DNA from: Candidatus Vogelbacteria bacterium
GTDB taxonomy: Bacteria > Patescibacteriota > Minisyncoccia > Phycocordibacterales > XYD1-FULL-46-19
Direction of reading: 5' to 3'
DNA length: 64,000 nt
Assembly: GCA_021414225.1 (NCBI GenBank)
Contig: JAIOOX010000002.1
Span: 161,118 to 225,117, forward strand
The notes below the pieces were generated by a model, which was given only the letters and a program-made list of their open reading frames with translations, was not told the DNA's origin and did not search any database. Position numbers and translations under genes: made by a program. Shown here in pieces: positions 29,457 through 39,711 of the stretch; the first letter of the stretch is position 1; the number at the start of each line of letters is the position of its first letter.

Positions 29457-29856
29457 CGAGATACGATCTCATTGTCATACCATGTTGACCTTCACCTACA
29501 AAGTCAAAAAGCGAGCAAAGGATAAGGGTGATTTTCGTATCACCAAGCACGGACAGATGGCAGAGTTTTCTTTGCGTGAACTTAATCGAAATATTGAGCA
29601 AGTTCGCAAGCAGGCAAGGGAAATGGAAGCCAATGCAAAGCTTCAAGAAGCTCTTGCAGAGAATATTCGCAGAACGAACCCTGATCTTGTTTCGTACATG
29701 AAGAAACTATCACCTAAAAAGCGTCATGCACTCATCATGCTTTCCATTCAGGAAAACAAAGCAAAGCAGTTCAAGGATCAGGAAAAAGAGTCGAAACGAA
29801 TCCTGCGAATGATTATTAGCGAGGACAAGGAAGTCCGTAACCAATTAAAGCTATGA
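29407..29856 (+). CDS. hypothetical phage protein (charged, helical)
   Basis: ORF only. Confidence 0.35.
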   Translation: MPVQHLQQTQKLAWYRNEIRSHCHTMLTFTYKVKKRAKDKGDFRITKHGQMAEFSLRELNRNIEQVRKQAREMEANAKLQEALAENIRRTNPDLVSYMKKLSPKKRHALIMLSIQENKAKQFKDQEKESKRILRMIISEDKEVRNQLKL

Positions 29857-30248
29857 GCGAAACACCAGAAGAAAAAGAACCTGAGCTTACTGGTCCGCAC
29901 AATCCTGATGAGGAGGTTGATCCGGAGAAGCAAGCAGCTGAAGACGCAGAGATCGAAGAACTCAACGATGCGATTGATGTAACAAGCGACCTAGTCTCAT
30001 GGTCTAAGACTCCTGCCGGTAAGGACACCATAGAGCGTCTTCAAACTGAGTCTCGTAAGGCGATGAATGAGCTCTTTGCAGTTCTCCATGACAGCCCTGA
30101 GCTCGGAAAGCTTATATCTGTCGTCGCTCGTTTCGAAGCGTCAGTACAGATGCTTAGGCGATTCATTGGAGCAGATGAAGACTTGGATACTTTGCTAGAT
30201 GAACTCGCAAGGAAGCGTCCGAGTGCGGCAGCTAAGGTTGCTAAGTAA
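29853..30248 (+). CDS. hypothetical acidic phage protein
   Basis: ORF only. ATGA overlap with the previous ORF. Confidence 0.4.
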   Translation: MSETPEEKEPELTGPHNPDEEVDPEKQAAEDAEIEELNDAIDVTSDLVSWSKTPAGKDTIERLQTESRKAMNELFAVLHDSPELGKLISVVARFEASVQMLRRFIGADEDLDTLLDELARKRPSAAAKVAK

Positions 30249-30283
30249 AGAAAAGATAAAGAAAAAGTAAAATATTTATCAAG

Positions 30284-30316
30284 AAATAATCATCGGGAAA
30301 CCGGTGATTTTTCTTT
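30284..30316 (+). terminator. hairpin plus T-run terminator ahead of the scaffold-capsid unit
   Basis: AATCATCGGG-AAA-CCGGTGATT then TTTTCTTTGT. Confidence 0.45.
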
Positions 30317-30320
30317 GTAA

Positions 30321-30348
30321 AAGTAATGCACGCAATTTTGTATTTTTC
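30321..30348 (+). promoter_or_regulatory. conserved dyad motif copy 2 (AAGTAATGCACGCAATTTTGTATTTTTC)
   Basis: Same motif as 27073. Sits after a terminator and ahead of the scaffold-like gene. Confidence 0.6.
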
Positions 30349-30409
30349 ATACATCAAACTATCAGCATAGAGGGGCCAACCTCTTATTAATAAAAAGGTT
30401 AATGCGCTA

Positions 30410-31333
30410 ATGCTCTGCGTTCCACAATCGAGCATCAATGGGGCGAAACCATCGAAATATAAAACGTATATGCCAAAACCACATCAGGAAGCAGCACCCG
30501 CTGACGATAAGTCAGGAAAAGCTGCAGGGGAATCTCAGCCAGCCGATAAGGGTGGCAAGAAAGATTCAGACAACCCTTCAAATGGTCAATCGATTGCACA
30601 GGTTGCAGGGGGTGAAAACTCCAAGTCTAGCGATTCTAAGGACGGCAAGCCAAAAGATGGCGATGAGAGGGACAGTCTCATAGTCGACCTCAAGAAAGAG
30701 AATCGTGAGATGAAAAAGATGATCCGTGACGAGGTTATTCCTACCATTCGTGATTTGCAACAGCAGATCAAGAAAGGAGGTACAAGTGCCGACGATGCTC
30801 TCGATGAGCTAGACGCACTCGCCAAAGAGTGGGAACTCGAGCCGAAATTTGTCCAGAAGCTCGCAAGTATTCTCCTCACCAAGTCTAAGAAGCAATTCGA
30901 AGACGAGTACCTTTCAGACATCAAAGACATTAAGAAAAAGACTGAAGCGCAGTCCAAGGAAATCTCCAACGCTCAAATCACTTCAGCAATCTCGAAAGAG
31001 TTTGATCGAGTGATTGCTGATAACCCTGATCTTGCCAAGGTCGCCAAAAAAGAAGCCGTCAAGAAATACATCATGTCGAGTGAGGAAAACCTCGGTCGCA
31101 CGATGGAAGATATTCTCGAGGAACTTTATGGCGACTCTGAAAAGCCAGAACCAGGCATGGAAGGCTACAGCTCTCAGGGAAGCAATCATCAGAAGGAGCC
31201 GGACTACAAGGCTCCAAGCGAGGAAGACCACAAGCGCATCGCTCAGTCTCGTGAAAAGGGTGGTCAGGAATTTGATAAGTACCAAGAAGGTCTTATTGAC
31301 CGACTGACTCATCGATCACGTCATCGAAAGTAA
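30410..31333 (+). CDS. putative scaffolding protein (charged, coiled-coil rich)
   Basis: Lys/Glu/Asp-rich helical composition, directly upstream of the capsid-like gene. Confidence 0.4.
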   Translation: MLCVPQSSINGAKPSKYKTYMPKPHQEAAPADDKSGKAAGESQPADKGGKKDSDNPSNGQSIAQVAGGENSKSSDSKDGKPKDGDERDSLIVDLKKENREMKKMIRDEVIPTIRDLQQQIKKGGTSADDALDELDALAKEWELEPKFVQKLASILLTKSKKQFEDEYLSDIKDIKKKTEAQSKEISNAQITSAISKEFDRVIADNPDLAKVAKKEAVKKYIMSSEENLGRTMEDILEELYGDSEKPEPGMEGYSSQGSNHQKEPDYKAPSEEDHKRIAQSREKGGQEFDKYQEGLIDRLTHRSRHRK

Positions 31334-31378
31334 TTGATTTTTGGAAGGGTAAATTTATTCACTTAATTTTATCCAACC

Positions 31379-32581
31379 ATGTTAGCAGTATTCAAAGAAC
31401 AGTTCGATAACGCTTATCAAGCGGTATTCGACAAAGTGCTCGTGGCAATGGAGATTGCCAACACGCGCCTCGAGAAGAAACTCGAGTACGGAGCATCCGT
31501 AAAACGTGTGAAGTATTCTCTCGCACCGATTCGTGTGCGTAATATCACGATAGGTGTAAACCGAACCATTGACTCGCTCAATGACTCCGGTGAGACCCTC
31601 TTGGTCAATAAGAACAAGGGTGCAGACTTCCGAGTCTCGAAGAAAGAAATGATTCAGGCAGGCCCACTGAATCCGGCAGAGACTATCGGTGCAGAGGTAG
31701 CAAAGAAGCTCTCTCGTTACATCGATGCCGACGTGTTCGCTCAGGTAAAGAATGCCCTTCAGACATTCGATACCGGAGACTTGACCACGATGAGTTCGAA
31801 CGGAACGGCCATCGTACTTTCTACTACGAATATCCCTCAGCTTCTAGCTCAGGGTCGTGCGAAGCTCAGAAAGGCGAATCAAGACCTTACGAGTCTTGCC
31901 TTGGTTCTCGACAGCTACGGAGGCTCGATTATCGAGCAGTACGTGATGTCAAAGAACATCGACCTTGCTGCAGCAGCGTTCAAGAATGGTTACGCCGGTC
32001 CTGTGGGTGGCGCCGAGTTGTACCTTTCCGAGAACCTTCTCGCAGAAGCGATTATCACAATGGCTGCAAACCCTTCAAACGGACAGACATTCTCGATCAA
32101 TGGCTTCATTTACACCTTCGTAACTTCAATCGGCGCTACGCCAGGTAATGTCTTGATTGAAGCTGGTGTCGATGCGACCCGAGATAACCTGATTGATGCG
32201 ATTCATCAGGCGACCGGTACTGCCGGATCGAAGTACATCGCATGGACTGATGTTGATCCTGGATACGATCAGTCCAACTGGGTCGACTTGCAGCTTGCTG
32301 CAGTCGATAACGATGGTGCGGACACCATCACCATTACCGGAACTGGTTCAGGTCGACTTGTATTCGGCGGAAACGCTACGTACACAGTCACCAAGAACCT
32401 CGTACACGCTTACTACGGTAAGAAGGGTGCGATCGACGTGGTTATTCAAGACCTCGCCGAGATGGAAATGGTTGATGACCCATACCAGCGTGCAAAGATC
32501 ATCCGAGCGGACGCTATCTACGGCATCTTCACGTTTGCCGATGGAAAGCCTCAGTTCCTCGACGTTCTTCTCCAGTCGTAA
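31379..32581 (+). CDS. putative major capsid protein (assigned by position)
   Basis: 400 aa following the scaffold-like gene. A structured RNA element follows it. Confidence 0.4.
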   Translation: MLAVFKEQFDNAYQAVFDKVLVAMEIANTRLEKKLEYGASVKRVKYSLAPIRVRNITIGVNRTIDSLNDSGETLLVNKNKGADFRVSKKEMIQAGPLNPAETIGAEVAKKLSRYIDADVFAQVKNALQTFDTGDLTTMSSNGTAIVLSTTNIPQLLAQGRAKLRKANQDLTSLALVLDSYGGSIIEQYVMSKNIDLAAAAFKNGYAGPVGGAELYLSENLLAEAIITMAANPSNGQTFSINGFIYTFVTSIGATPGNVLIEAGVDATRDNLIDAIHQATGTAGSKYIAWTDVDPGYDQSNWVDLQLAAVDNDGADTITITGTGSGRLVFGGNATYTVTKNLVHAYYGKKGAIDVVIQDLAEMEMVDDPYQRAKIIRADAIYGIFTFADGKPQFLDVLLQS

Positions 32582-32588
32582 ATGCTGC

Positions 32589-32653
32589 ACTGACCCGAGC
32601 GAAAGTTCGGGCTCAGTGTCAGGCGCAGGGGCTAATCCCTGCCTCTGGCACTG
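32589..32653 (+). terminator. compound hairpin element after the capsid gene (GNRA-capped stem plus imperfect 40-nt palindrome)
   Basis: CCCGAGC-GAAA-GTTCGGG, then CAGTGTCAGGCGCAGGGGCTAATCCCTGCCTCTGGCACTG. No strong T-run. Confidence 0.35.
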
Positions 32654-32667
32654 AGAAATAAACAATT

Positions 32668-33297
32668 ATGGCAACACCACTTACCGGACAACAAATTATT
32701 GAAAGATTCGAGTTGTATACCGATGATACGACTGATCTCTCGAGTGATGAGGAGCTTATTCTTGCGAATGACAAGCTTCGTTTGGTCTACATGGAACAGC
32801 CTTGGGAATTTTTGCGTAGGAAAAAGAGCGGTGTTGTTGAAAATGATGGAAAGATCACACTCCCAACAGATTTTGATGAGCTTATGGAGAATTTCAGTGA
32901 TGACCCAACTATTGGAGAACCATTAATGAAAGTTGTTTACGTGGGAGGTCAAAAATCTCCTTACCTCGTAGTGCCAATGGGTCAGAGAAATGCAAATAAT
33001 TTCAGCAATGTATGTTGGATTGATCCATCAGATGGAAAAATAAACTTTTCTCAGAATCCAGGTACTGGTGCAGCTTACGAATTCGACTATAAGACTAGCC
33101 CTGATGATATTGCTGTCGGCACATCTCCTAAATTACCTGCCGAGTATCATCCAATGATCATATTCGCAATGCTTATCGATGAAGATATTATCAAAAAATC
33201 AGAAAAAGCACGTAGCAACATGCAGGACAATTCAGTGCAGTATCAGCGATACATGAAGAACCTAAAACTGCGAGATGCTCGCTTTAAACTTTCATAA
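32668..33297 (+). CDS. hypothetical virion protein
   Basis: ORF only, in the structural block. Confidence 0.4.
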   Translation: MATPLTGQQIIERFELYTDDTTDLSSDEELILANDKLRLVYMEQPWEFLRRKKSGVVENDGKITLPTDFDELMENFSDDPTIGEPLMKVVYVGGQKSPYLVVPMGQRNANNFSNVCWIDPSDGKINFSQNPGTGAAYEFDYKTSPDDIAVGTSPKLPAEYHPMIIFAMLIDEDIIKKSEKARSNMQDNSVQYQRYMKNLKLRDARFKLS

Positions 33298-33300
33298 TTT

Positions 33301-35202
33301 ATGGCAGACCATGAGATCAAAAAATTTGGATCAGGAGTACACAATCGTGAAGACAATGAAGATACGCCGAAAGACAGTGCGAAGGATTCTTTAAACTGGC
33401 TCACAATTGATGGACGTATCGAACTTGCTCGTGGGAAGGTCACAGTAGGTCCCGAGGGTCCGGCAGGAACGTGTCCCGCAATTCATGTCGGTTACAAAGC
33501 AAATGGTACAGGTGTTCTTTGGAGAAAAGTAGCGACAGCAATTCAATATTTCACTGGCTTGGTGTGGATTGATGTAGTTACTGGACTCAATCCGAATGAT
33601 ATCTACGTTTTTACAAACTATAGCTCGCTCACCGGAGCATGGACGTTTGCTGGTGGTCCTGGGGGACTTTTCAAGTTTGCCAATGCAAATCCAACAAGCT
33701 ACATCCAACTCTACACGACAACAGATTTTTTCTGCGGATTTCCGCTGATTGATAAAGCTCGAATGTACCTATGGGGTATTGCCAAAGATACAACTGCACT
33801 TTATCGAAGTTATATCGATGTTCAACGTGATGGCACAAGCTTTACTCAAATTTCAAATGAGAATGCTGCGAGCGGAAACGGATCACAAACAGTATTCTCA
33901 GGAACACTTTTATTCAAATCTGGTCAACCAAAACGAAACTGTGGACTTGTAACTATTAAGTGTACCGATGGCGGTGGGGAAATATTCACTGATGACAAAA
34001 ACGGAAACCTGAAGGGAAGTGCTGGTGGTATCGGAACTATAAATTACATTACAGGTGTATGGGGTGTGACCTTTGTCACTGTGCCCTCAGCATCAGCAAA
34101 CAATATCAAAGCTGATTATGTCTGGGAAAACAGTACAGCAAAAGGTGTAGCAGATTTTACATACAGCGCATCACGTCTTGCAGGTGAGGGCGATGTGATC
34201 CGACAAGATGAAGGAGGTGATGCAATCCAACAACTCGTGATCGGTATTGATGGAAACTATTACTCACTCAAAAAGCAAAGTGCGTATCAGCACAAATATA
34301 CTGATGACGATAAGACTTTTAATAACCAAGTAGTTCGAAGAAATATCGGAGTCCTTACTCGAAAGAGCTCAGTCACTACTGGTCGAGGTGTTGTCTTTAT
34401 AAACACAGCCAATCCGGATAGACCACAGCTCACAGTCCTTGAAAAGAACCCTCTTGGTGATGACATTCTCGCAACCGAACTCATTCCACATTTTGCATGG
34501 GAGAAATTTGATTACTCAGATGCAGTCATGGAAACCTACGGGCAATTTATTGTTCTTTCATGCAGAGCACAGTCGAGCATCGTAAACGATCGCACGCTTA
34601 TTATTGACATAGTAAAAAATACTGTCGACATTTCAAATTATGGAATGAAAGCTCTCATTAAAGACTCCGGAGTGTTGTATGGCGGAAGTCCGCACACTCA
34701 GACGGTTTATAAAATTCTAAACGGATTCGATGATGACGGCTATGTGATTCAAAATAATTGGGATAGCAAATACGAAACATATGGAGTCCGAAGACTCAAA
34801 AAATATCGACGCTTGCGATACCGAGGCGAGATTGACCCCGCTCAATATGTGGAAGTATACGCAGACTTTGATGGAGCCGGATATTCCCTTATTGGGACAA
34901 TCCGAGGCGATGGAACTTATGTAAATCGTACAAGTCCCTCTAGTGTCGGTACGACCATGATTGGAGATTCGGCCGTTGGAGGTGATGGGTCAGCTCAGGT
35001 GTATCCATATGAGCTTCAGATCAAGGCAATGAAGATTCCGAAGTTCCGAAGGCGCAGCATCCGCTTTATAGCCAAAGGTATCGGCTACGTAAGCGTGATG
35101 GAATCGGTCGATTGGGACATTCTGACCTATGAGGACAAATTACCGAAGGTTTATAGGCAAAAAGAGCATGTAAGTCTCGATGGCAAAAGCGTGAACCAGT
35201 AA
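33301..35202 (+). CDS. hypothetical large virion/tail protein
   Basis: 633 aa, Gly/Thr/Asn-rich, in the structural block. Confidence 0.4.
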   Translation: MADHEIKKFGSGVHNREDNEDTPKDSAKDSLNWLTIDGRIELARGKVTVGPEGPAGTCPAIHVGYKANGTGVLWRKVATAIQYFTGLVWIDVVTGLNPNDIYVFTNYSSLTGAWTFAGGPGGLFKFANANPTSYIQLYTTTDFFCGFPLIDKARMYLWGIAKDTTALYRSYIDVQRDGTSFTQISNENAASGNGSQTVFSGTLLFKSGQPKRNCGLVTIKCTDGGGEIFTDDKNGNLKGSAGGIGTINYITGVWGVTFVTVPSASANNIKADYVWENSTAKGVADFTYSASRLAGEGDVIRQDEGGDAIQQLVIGIDGNYYSLKKQSAYQHKYTDDDKTFNNQVVRRNIGVLTRKSSVTTGRGVVFINTANPDRPQLTVLEKNPLGDDILATELIPHFAWEKFDYSDAVMETYGQFIVLSCRAQSSIVNDRTLIIDIVKNTVDISNYGMKALIKDSGVLYGGSPHTQTVYKILNGFDDDGYVIQNNWDSKYETYGVRRLKKYRRLRYRGEIDPAQYVEVYADFDGAGYSLIGTIRGDGTYVNRTSPSSVGTTMIGDSAVGGDGSAQVYPYELQIKAMKIPKFRRRSIRFIAKGIGYVSVMESVDWDILTYEDKLPKVYRQKEHVSLDGKSVNQ

Positions 35203-35225
35203 TGCACGCAATTTTGCATTTTTTC
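35197..35225 (+). promoter_or_regulatory. conserved dyad motif copy 3 (CAGTAATGCACGCAATTTTGCATTTTTT); overlaps the stop of the preceding gene
   Basis: Perfect AATGCA-N8-TGCATT dyad. ATGGCA start 18 nt downstream. Confidence 0.6.
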
Positions 35226-35242
35226 ACATTCATACTTCTAAC

Positions 35243-36016
35243 ATGGCATCCAAACTCACTAAAGTAGTCGCAAATTTTGAAACTTCCCTTGCCACGAAGC
35301 TTGCTAATGGTGCTGTAGCAGGAGCTCTTACGAGCATCACTGACAAGAACAGTGTAGCTCTGCCGGCAGGCAAATACTGCATGATTGTCGACCGAGGAAC
35401 TGGCGATGAAGAACATCTTTTATTCGATCTCTCCGGCACATCCATAAGCAATATCTTTAGTGTATCGAGACAAGGAGTCCAGACTGCCGGAGTACAGAAT
35501 TTGAATGGACATCGTGCAGGCTCGAAATGCTACCTGACTGATTTCGTAAACCTGAAAGTCATTGTCGACATTTTGAATGGTGACGACTCTCTCGATTCAA
35601 CAAAACCAATTAAGTACGATGCCGACCCAACTTTCAATGATTCAAAACAAGTTGTTTCAAAAGGATATGTAGACACTAATCTTGCTGGTAAAGCATCAAC
35701 AAATGGAAACAATACTTTCTCCGGTAACAATAATTTTATTAATTCTCCAAATATTCCGAATGCTGTAAGCGCATCACAGCCAGTAACACTGTCTCAGCTC
35801 ATGGCCGCTGCGCTTAGTGGTATTCAAGCAGGACTTGAGTATGTGGATGTCGCAATAAATGCAGACGGAAGTGTGAGATCGCTTCATGACAACGTGAATG
35901 GCAAAACATTCGTGTTCGAGTATGACGACAACCGACTACTCCGAAGTATCTACGACGGAGCGAAGAAGTGGTCTATTCGGGATGTCGGAGAGAGGATCGC
36001 AAGCATTATTCATTAA
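35243..36016 (+). CDS. tail fiber-like protein
   Basis: KGYVDTNLAGKASTNGNNTFSGNNNF is a typical tail-fiber repeat signature. Confidence 0.5.
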   Translation: MASKLTKVVANFETSLATKLANGAVAGALTSITDKNSVALPAGKYCMIVDRGTGDEEHLLFDLSGTSISNIFSVSRQGVQTAGVQNLNGHRAGSKCYLTDFVNLKVIVDILNGDDSLDSTKPIKYDADPTFNDSKQVVSKGYVDTNLAGKASTNGNNTFSGNNNFINSPNIPNAVSASQPVTLSQLMAAALSGIQAGLEYVDVAINADGSVRSLHDNVNGKTFVFEYDDNRLLRSIYDGAKKWSIRDVGERIASIIH

Positions 36017-36030
36017 TTTAATTTTTTATC

Positions 36031-38112
36031 ATGATTAATTTACAAGTAGATCGAAGACTGGATAGGACGACGAGCGTAAAGGGACTAAATATTGCTCCGG
36101 TTACTAAATTCGCTGAATGGAGCAGACAGGGAATGGTCCAGTGGCCAGCAGTCAAAGCTCAAGGGAAGCTCACCATCCAAAACCAGCCATCGCCAGGAGA
36201 AACCATTACCATCGGCACAAAGACTTACTCTTTTGTAGCTAGTCTTGTCACCAACACTGACGGACAGATTGTGATCGGTGGAAGCGTTGCGGCAACTCGA
36301 GCAAATATTCTAGCTGCAATCAATCTCTCCGGACTTCCAGGAAGTCAGTACGCATCGGCAACCTCTCTCAATGGTGATGTGGAGGCAACTGCCATCATCG
36401 GCAATGATGTTATTTTCACTTCAAAAGTTGGTGGTACTGCTGGTAACTCAATTGCTACAACATCAACTCTTATAGCTCCGAACGCATTTGATGCGGCAAC
36501 TCTCGGAACATACCGAGCCGGTGCAGCTGCAAGCGATGCAGACTCGATCATTGTCCCTGGATATCGTGGCTGTTTTAACAACTATGTGAACAACCAATAT
36601 AATCCTCGAGAAAATTTCTACATTGGTCGGTCATCATGGGACGGCGATCAAGACCGAGGATTCGGTATTCAAGAAGAACTGATCCGAGAATGTCCTGATC
36701 ATGATTTTCTGATTGCTGCAGGAGCTACTCGTAAGATGTATTCTCCCAATTTCCTTGAGAGAAGAATCAAGACCGTTCGATCTCTGACCCTATATACAAA
36801 ACTTCGTGATATGGAGGCACAGACTCTTTCATCACCCTTTGCAAAAACTACAAGTAATCGTGTCTTTAAAACGATTGAACTCGACTCTACCCGATTCATT
36901 ACTTTTTATCGGCAGCAGGCAGGTACAACTGGTATCTATGCCGTGGTTGGAAATACAAATGCGAACGGAACCATCACATGGGGCGCGCCACTCATCATGT
37001 ACACAGTCGACTGGTACAACGAAAACTTCGATGCGTGCCTCATCAACACTGACAAGGTTCTTATTGCACTTCCAGTTGGTGGATCAAACTACATCAATAC
37101 CGCAGTCGTGACTATTTCAGGTACGGGTATCGCTCTCAACACACCGGTCCAGATTGTGGCGGTAGCACCAAGCTATAAACAGCTCGTAAAAGTTGGAACT
37201 GACAAAGCAATCCTAGCTTTCGAAAACGGGTCTGCCATCAATCTTTACTGTGTTTCAGTATCGGGAACAGTGCCGTCATACGGAACTCTTGCGAGCATAG
37301 CTTCGACCTCAAAACCACTTCTTGCAGCAAATGGCACTGACAAATGCCAGCTGGCATACATCGGAAGCGGTGGATGGTATTCGGCCGTCGTCACAACTTC
37401 AGGAAGCACAATCACTGTTCAGGCAGGTCTCCAAATCAGCTACGACACTAACTACTCTTACCGATATAACCTGCTCTACCAAATTACGACAGACACGTTC
37501 ATGTTTTGGAGTCATTGGGGACAGATTCTATATCAGGGTCGTGATCGATATCGAGCTGGTCTCATCACCGTTTCGGGTACAAACACCACTCTTGCAAATA
37601 GCAACTATCTGCCTGCTGGATGGTGGGGAGATCGCATGTTCTATGTAAAACCAATTGATGCCACGAGCTTCTACATGTACGGCTATGAAAGTAATCGTCT
37701 GACTGGTGCAAAAGTTACGCTCTCTGGAACCACACTTACTTTCCCACAGATGACATACAAAAGCTTCGGTTGGAATGAGAATCAGGGCGACCAGCAAATT
37801 TACAAGTACCAAATCTACAACACCTTTCCTGAAATCGGCGACCCAGTGAACTGTAATGGAAACATGTTCTTTATTTGCACTGACAACAATGCGAATGGAG
37901 CAATATCCATATTCAGTGATAAAGCATTCAGTTTTGACCTATACAACGGCGATGACCTTGTCGGTACATACACAAAAACCGATCTCGGATTCATGCAAAA
38001 AATAAATGTTGACCTTCCAATCTACAAAGAGGAGTTCGGCATAAAAATAAAAAGCAATGACAGCGTTGCTCGAACTGTTCAGGTGGATCACCTGTACTTG
38101 TTAATCGATTAA
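36031..38112 (+). CDS. tail fiber / receptor-binding-like protein
   Basis: 693 aa, Gly/Thr/Ser/Asn-rich beta-type composition, no TM. Confidence 0.45.
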   Translation: MINLQVDRRLDRTTSVKGLNIAPVTKFAEWSRQGMVQWPAVKAQGKLTIQNQPSPGETITIGTKTYSFVASLVTNTDGQIVIGGSVAATRANILAAINLSGLPGSQYASATSLNGDVEATAIIGNDVIFTSKVGGTAGNSIATTSTLIAPNAFDAATLGTYRAGAAASDADSIIVPGYRGCFNNYVNNQYNPRENFYIGRSSWDGDQDRGFGIQEELIRECPDHDFLIAAGATRKMYSPNFLERRIKTVRSLTLYTKLRDMEAQTLSSPFAKTTSNRVFKTIELDSTRFITFYRQQAGTTGIYAVVGNTNANGTITWGAPLIMYTVDWYNENFDACLINTDKVLIALPVGGSNYINTAVVTISGTGIALNTPVQIVAVAPSYKQLVKVGTDKAILAFENGSAINLYCVSVSGTVPSYGTLASIASTSKPLLAANGTDKCQLAYIGSGGWYSAVVTTSGSTITVQAGLQISYDTNYSYRYNLLYQITTDTFMFWSHWGQILYQGRDRYRAGLITVSGTNTTLANSNYLPAGWWGDRMFYVKPIDATSFYMYGYESNRLTGAKVTLSGTTLTFPQMTYKSFGWNENQGDQQIYKYQIYNTFPEIGDPVNCNGNMFFICTDNNANGAISIFSDKAFSFDLYNGDDLVGTYTKTDLGFMQKINVDLPIYKEEFGIKIKSNDSVARTVQVDHLYLLID

Positions 38113-38118
38113 AAATAA

Positions 38119-39708
38119 ATGAATTCTTACACGATACAATACGGCGATACTCTGAGCGGAATCGCATCAAAGACCGGTAAGAGCATCCAAGAACTGATGC
38201 GTCTTAATCCGTCTATTACTGATCCCAACAAAATATATGCTGGGCGTACTTTGTCGTTAGGAACATCAGCACCAGCTCCCGCACCAGCACCGACTCCTGC
38301 AGCAAAACAAACCATCGCTCAAGTAGCAAAGGTATCGGTTCCATCATATGTCGAAGACCCGACCACTACACAGATTGGAAATAGTTATAAAAGCACAGCT
38401 ACATCGCAGATAAATGAGGAAGCCATCAGAGCAGCAACGAGGTCCCGTATTCAAGGTCAAATTGATGCTATAAATGCCGCCGTTCAAGATCAGATTATAA
38501 ACTTCAGAAATACGACAGGAAAGAATCGCCAAGGGCAAAGTTATGCTCTTGCTGCTGCCGGTGGTCGAATCGGTAGTGCAACTGGTGAGTCAGAATTTCA
38601 AACCACTGAAGATTACAATAATCGTGAGGAGCAGACTTATCGTGATGAGGCAAATCTTAAAGTTTCTCAATTGTTTGGTCAGGCAAACAGAGATGCTGAT
38701 ACTGAAATCAAAGCAAGAAAAGAGTCGATTCAGCAGGGAATCGATAAATATTTTGAATTTTTGGATAACCAAGGGAAACGAAAGCGTGACCAAGTGTCGG
38801 CATTCGTCAAAAACATGCTTGCACTCGGCGTTGATCCGACATCCCTTAGTGACTCTGACTTTCAGAAGCTTCAGGATCAATATGGATTCACTAAGGATCA
38901 GCTCTCAACTCTATATAACGATGCCAAAGCAGAAAAAGATCAGACAGCAATCACGACTGAGAAAGCCAAGGTTGATCTCGATAAAGCTAAGAATGATGCA
39001 AACCAATTCAGCCTCAATGAAGGTGATGCTCGTTATGTTTATGATCCAGAAACTGGTACTGCAAAACTTATTGCAGCTCGAGCAAAGACTTATGCACCCA
39101 AGGGTGATGGCTCTGACTCTCCTGGCTCTACTCTCGGATACGATGATCCAAATTACACACTGGATTCAATTCGTAAATCAAAAGGCGGAAGATTCCTTAC
39201 TCAGGGTGAACTCAAACCTATTACGGATATTCAAACAATTGTTGGTCAGACCGAGGCACTTTCAACTCTTATTGGAAGTGTTGATACTGGTCCAATTGTT
39301 GGAATCGTAAAAAGTGCAAATCCATACGATACAAAAGCTCAGCTTATGAAAGCAGAGATCACAGCTATCGTGCCTAAACTTGCTCGAGGTGTGTACGGAG
39401 AAGTAGGTGTGCTCACTGATGCTGATATCGAGAATTATTCTCGCACTATCGCAAGCCTCAAGAATACTGCGGACGTAAACAAAGCAGTGATGGCAATGAC
39501 ACTTGAGATTGCAACTCGATCTCTCGCAAATCAATTGAACTCTCTATCGGCCGGTGGGAGGGATGTCTCTAAATTTGAATCAATCTACACAGGTCTTAAT
39601 GCAAAAGCTTCTTCAATCAAATCTCAACTCGGTGTCGGACAAGCTCCGGCAGCAGAATCTGCAGCTTTCACAAGTAAGAGCGGAAAGACCTATAACCTTC
39701 CAAATTAA
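38119..39708 (+). CDS. LysM-domain virion protein
   Basis: N-terminal YTIQYGDTLSGIASKTGKSIQELMRLNP... IYAGRTLSL is a LysM motif. The rest is helical and charged. Confidence 0.6.
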   Translation: MNSYTIQYGDTLSGIASKTGKSIQELMRLNPSITDPNKIYAGRTLSLGTSAPAPAPAPTPAAKQTIAQVAKVSVPSYVEDPTTTQIGNSYKSTATSQINEEAIRAATRSRIQGQIDAINAAVQDQIINFRNTTGKNRQGQSYALAAAGGRIGSATGESEFQTTEDYNNREEQTYRDEANLKVSQLFGQANRDADTEIKARKESIQQGIDKYFEFLDNQGKRKRDQVSAFVKNMLALGVDPTSLSDSDFQKLQDQYGFTKDQLSTLYNDAKAEKDQTAITTEKAKVDLDKAKNDANQFSLNEGDARYVYDPETGTAKLIAARAKTYAPKGDGSDSPGSTLGYDDPNYTLDSIRKSKGGRFLTQGELKPITDIQTIVGQTEALSTLIGSVDTGPIVGIVKSANPYDTKAQLMKAEITAIVPKLARGVYGEVGVLTDADIENYSRTIASLKNTADVNKAVMAMTLEIATRSLANQLNSLSAGGRDVSKFESIYTGLNAKASSIKSQLGVGQAPAAESAAFTSKSGKTYNLPN

Positions 39709-39711
39709 TTT

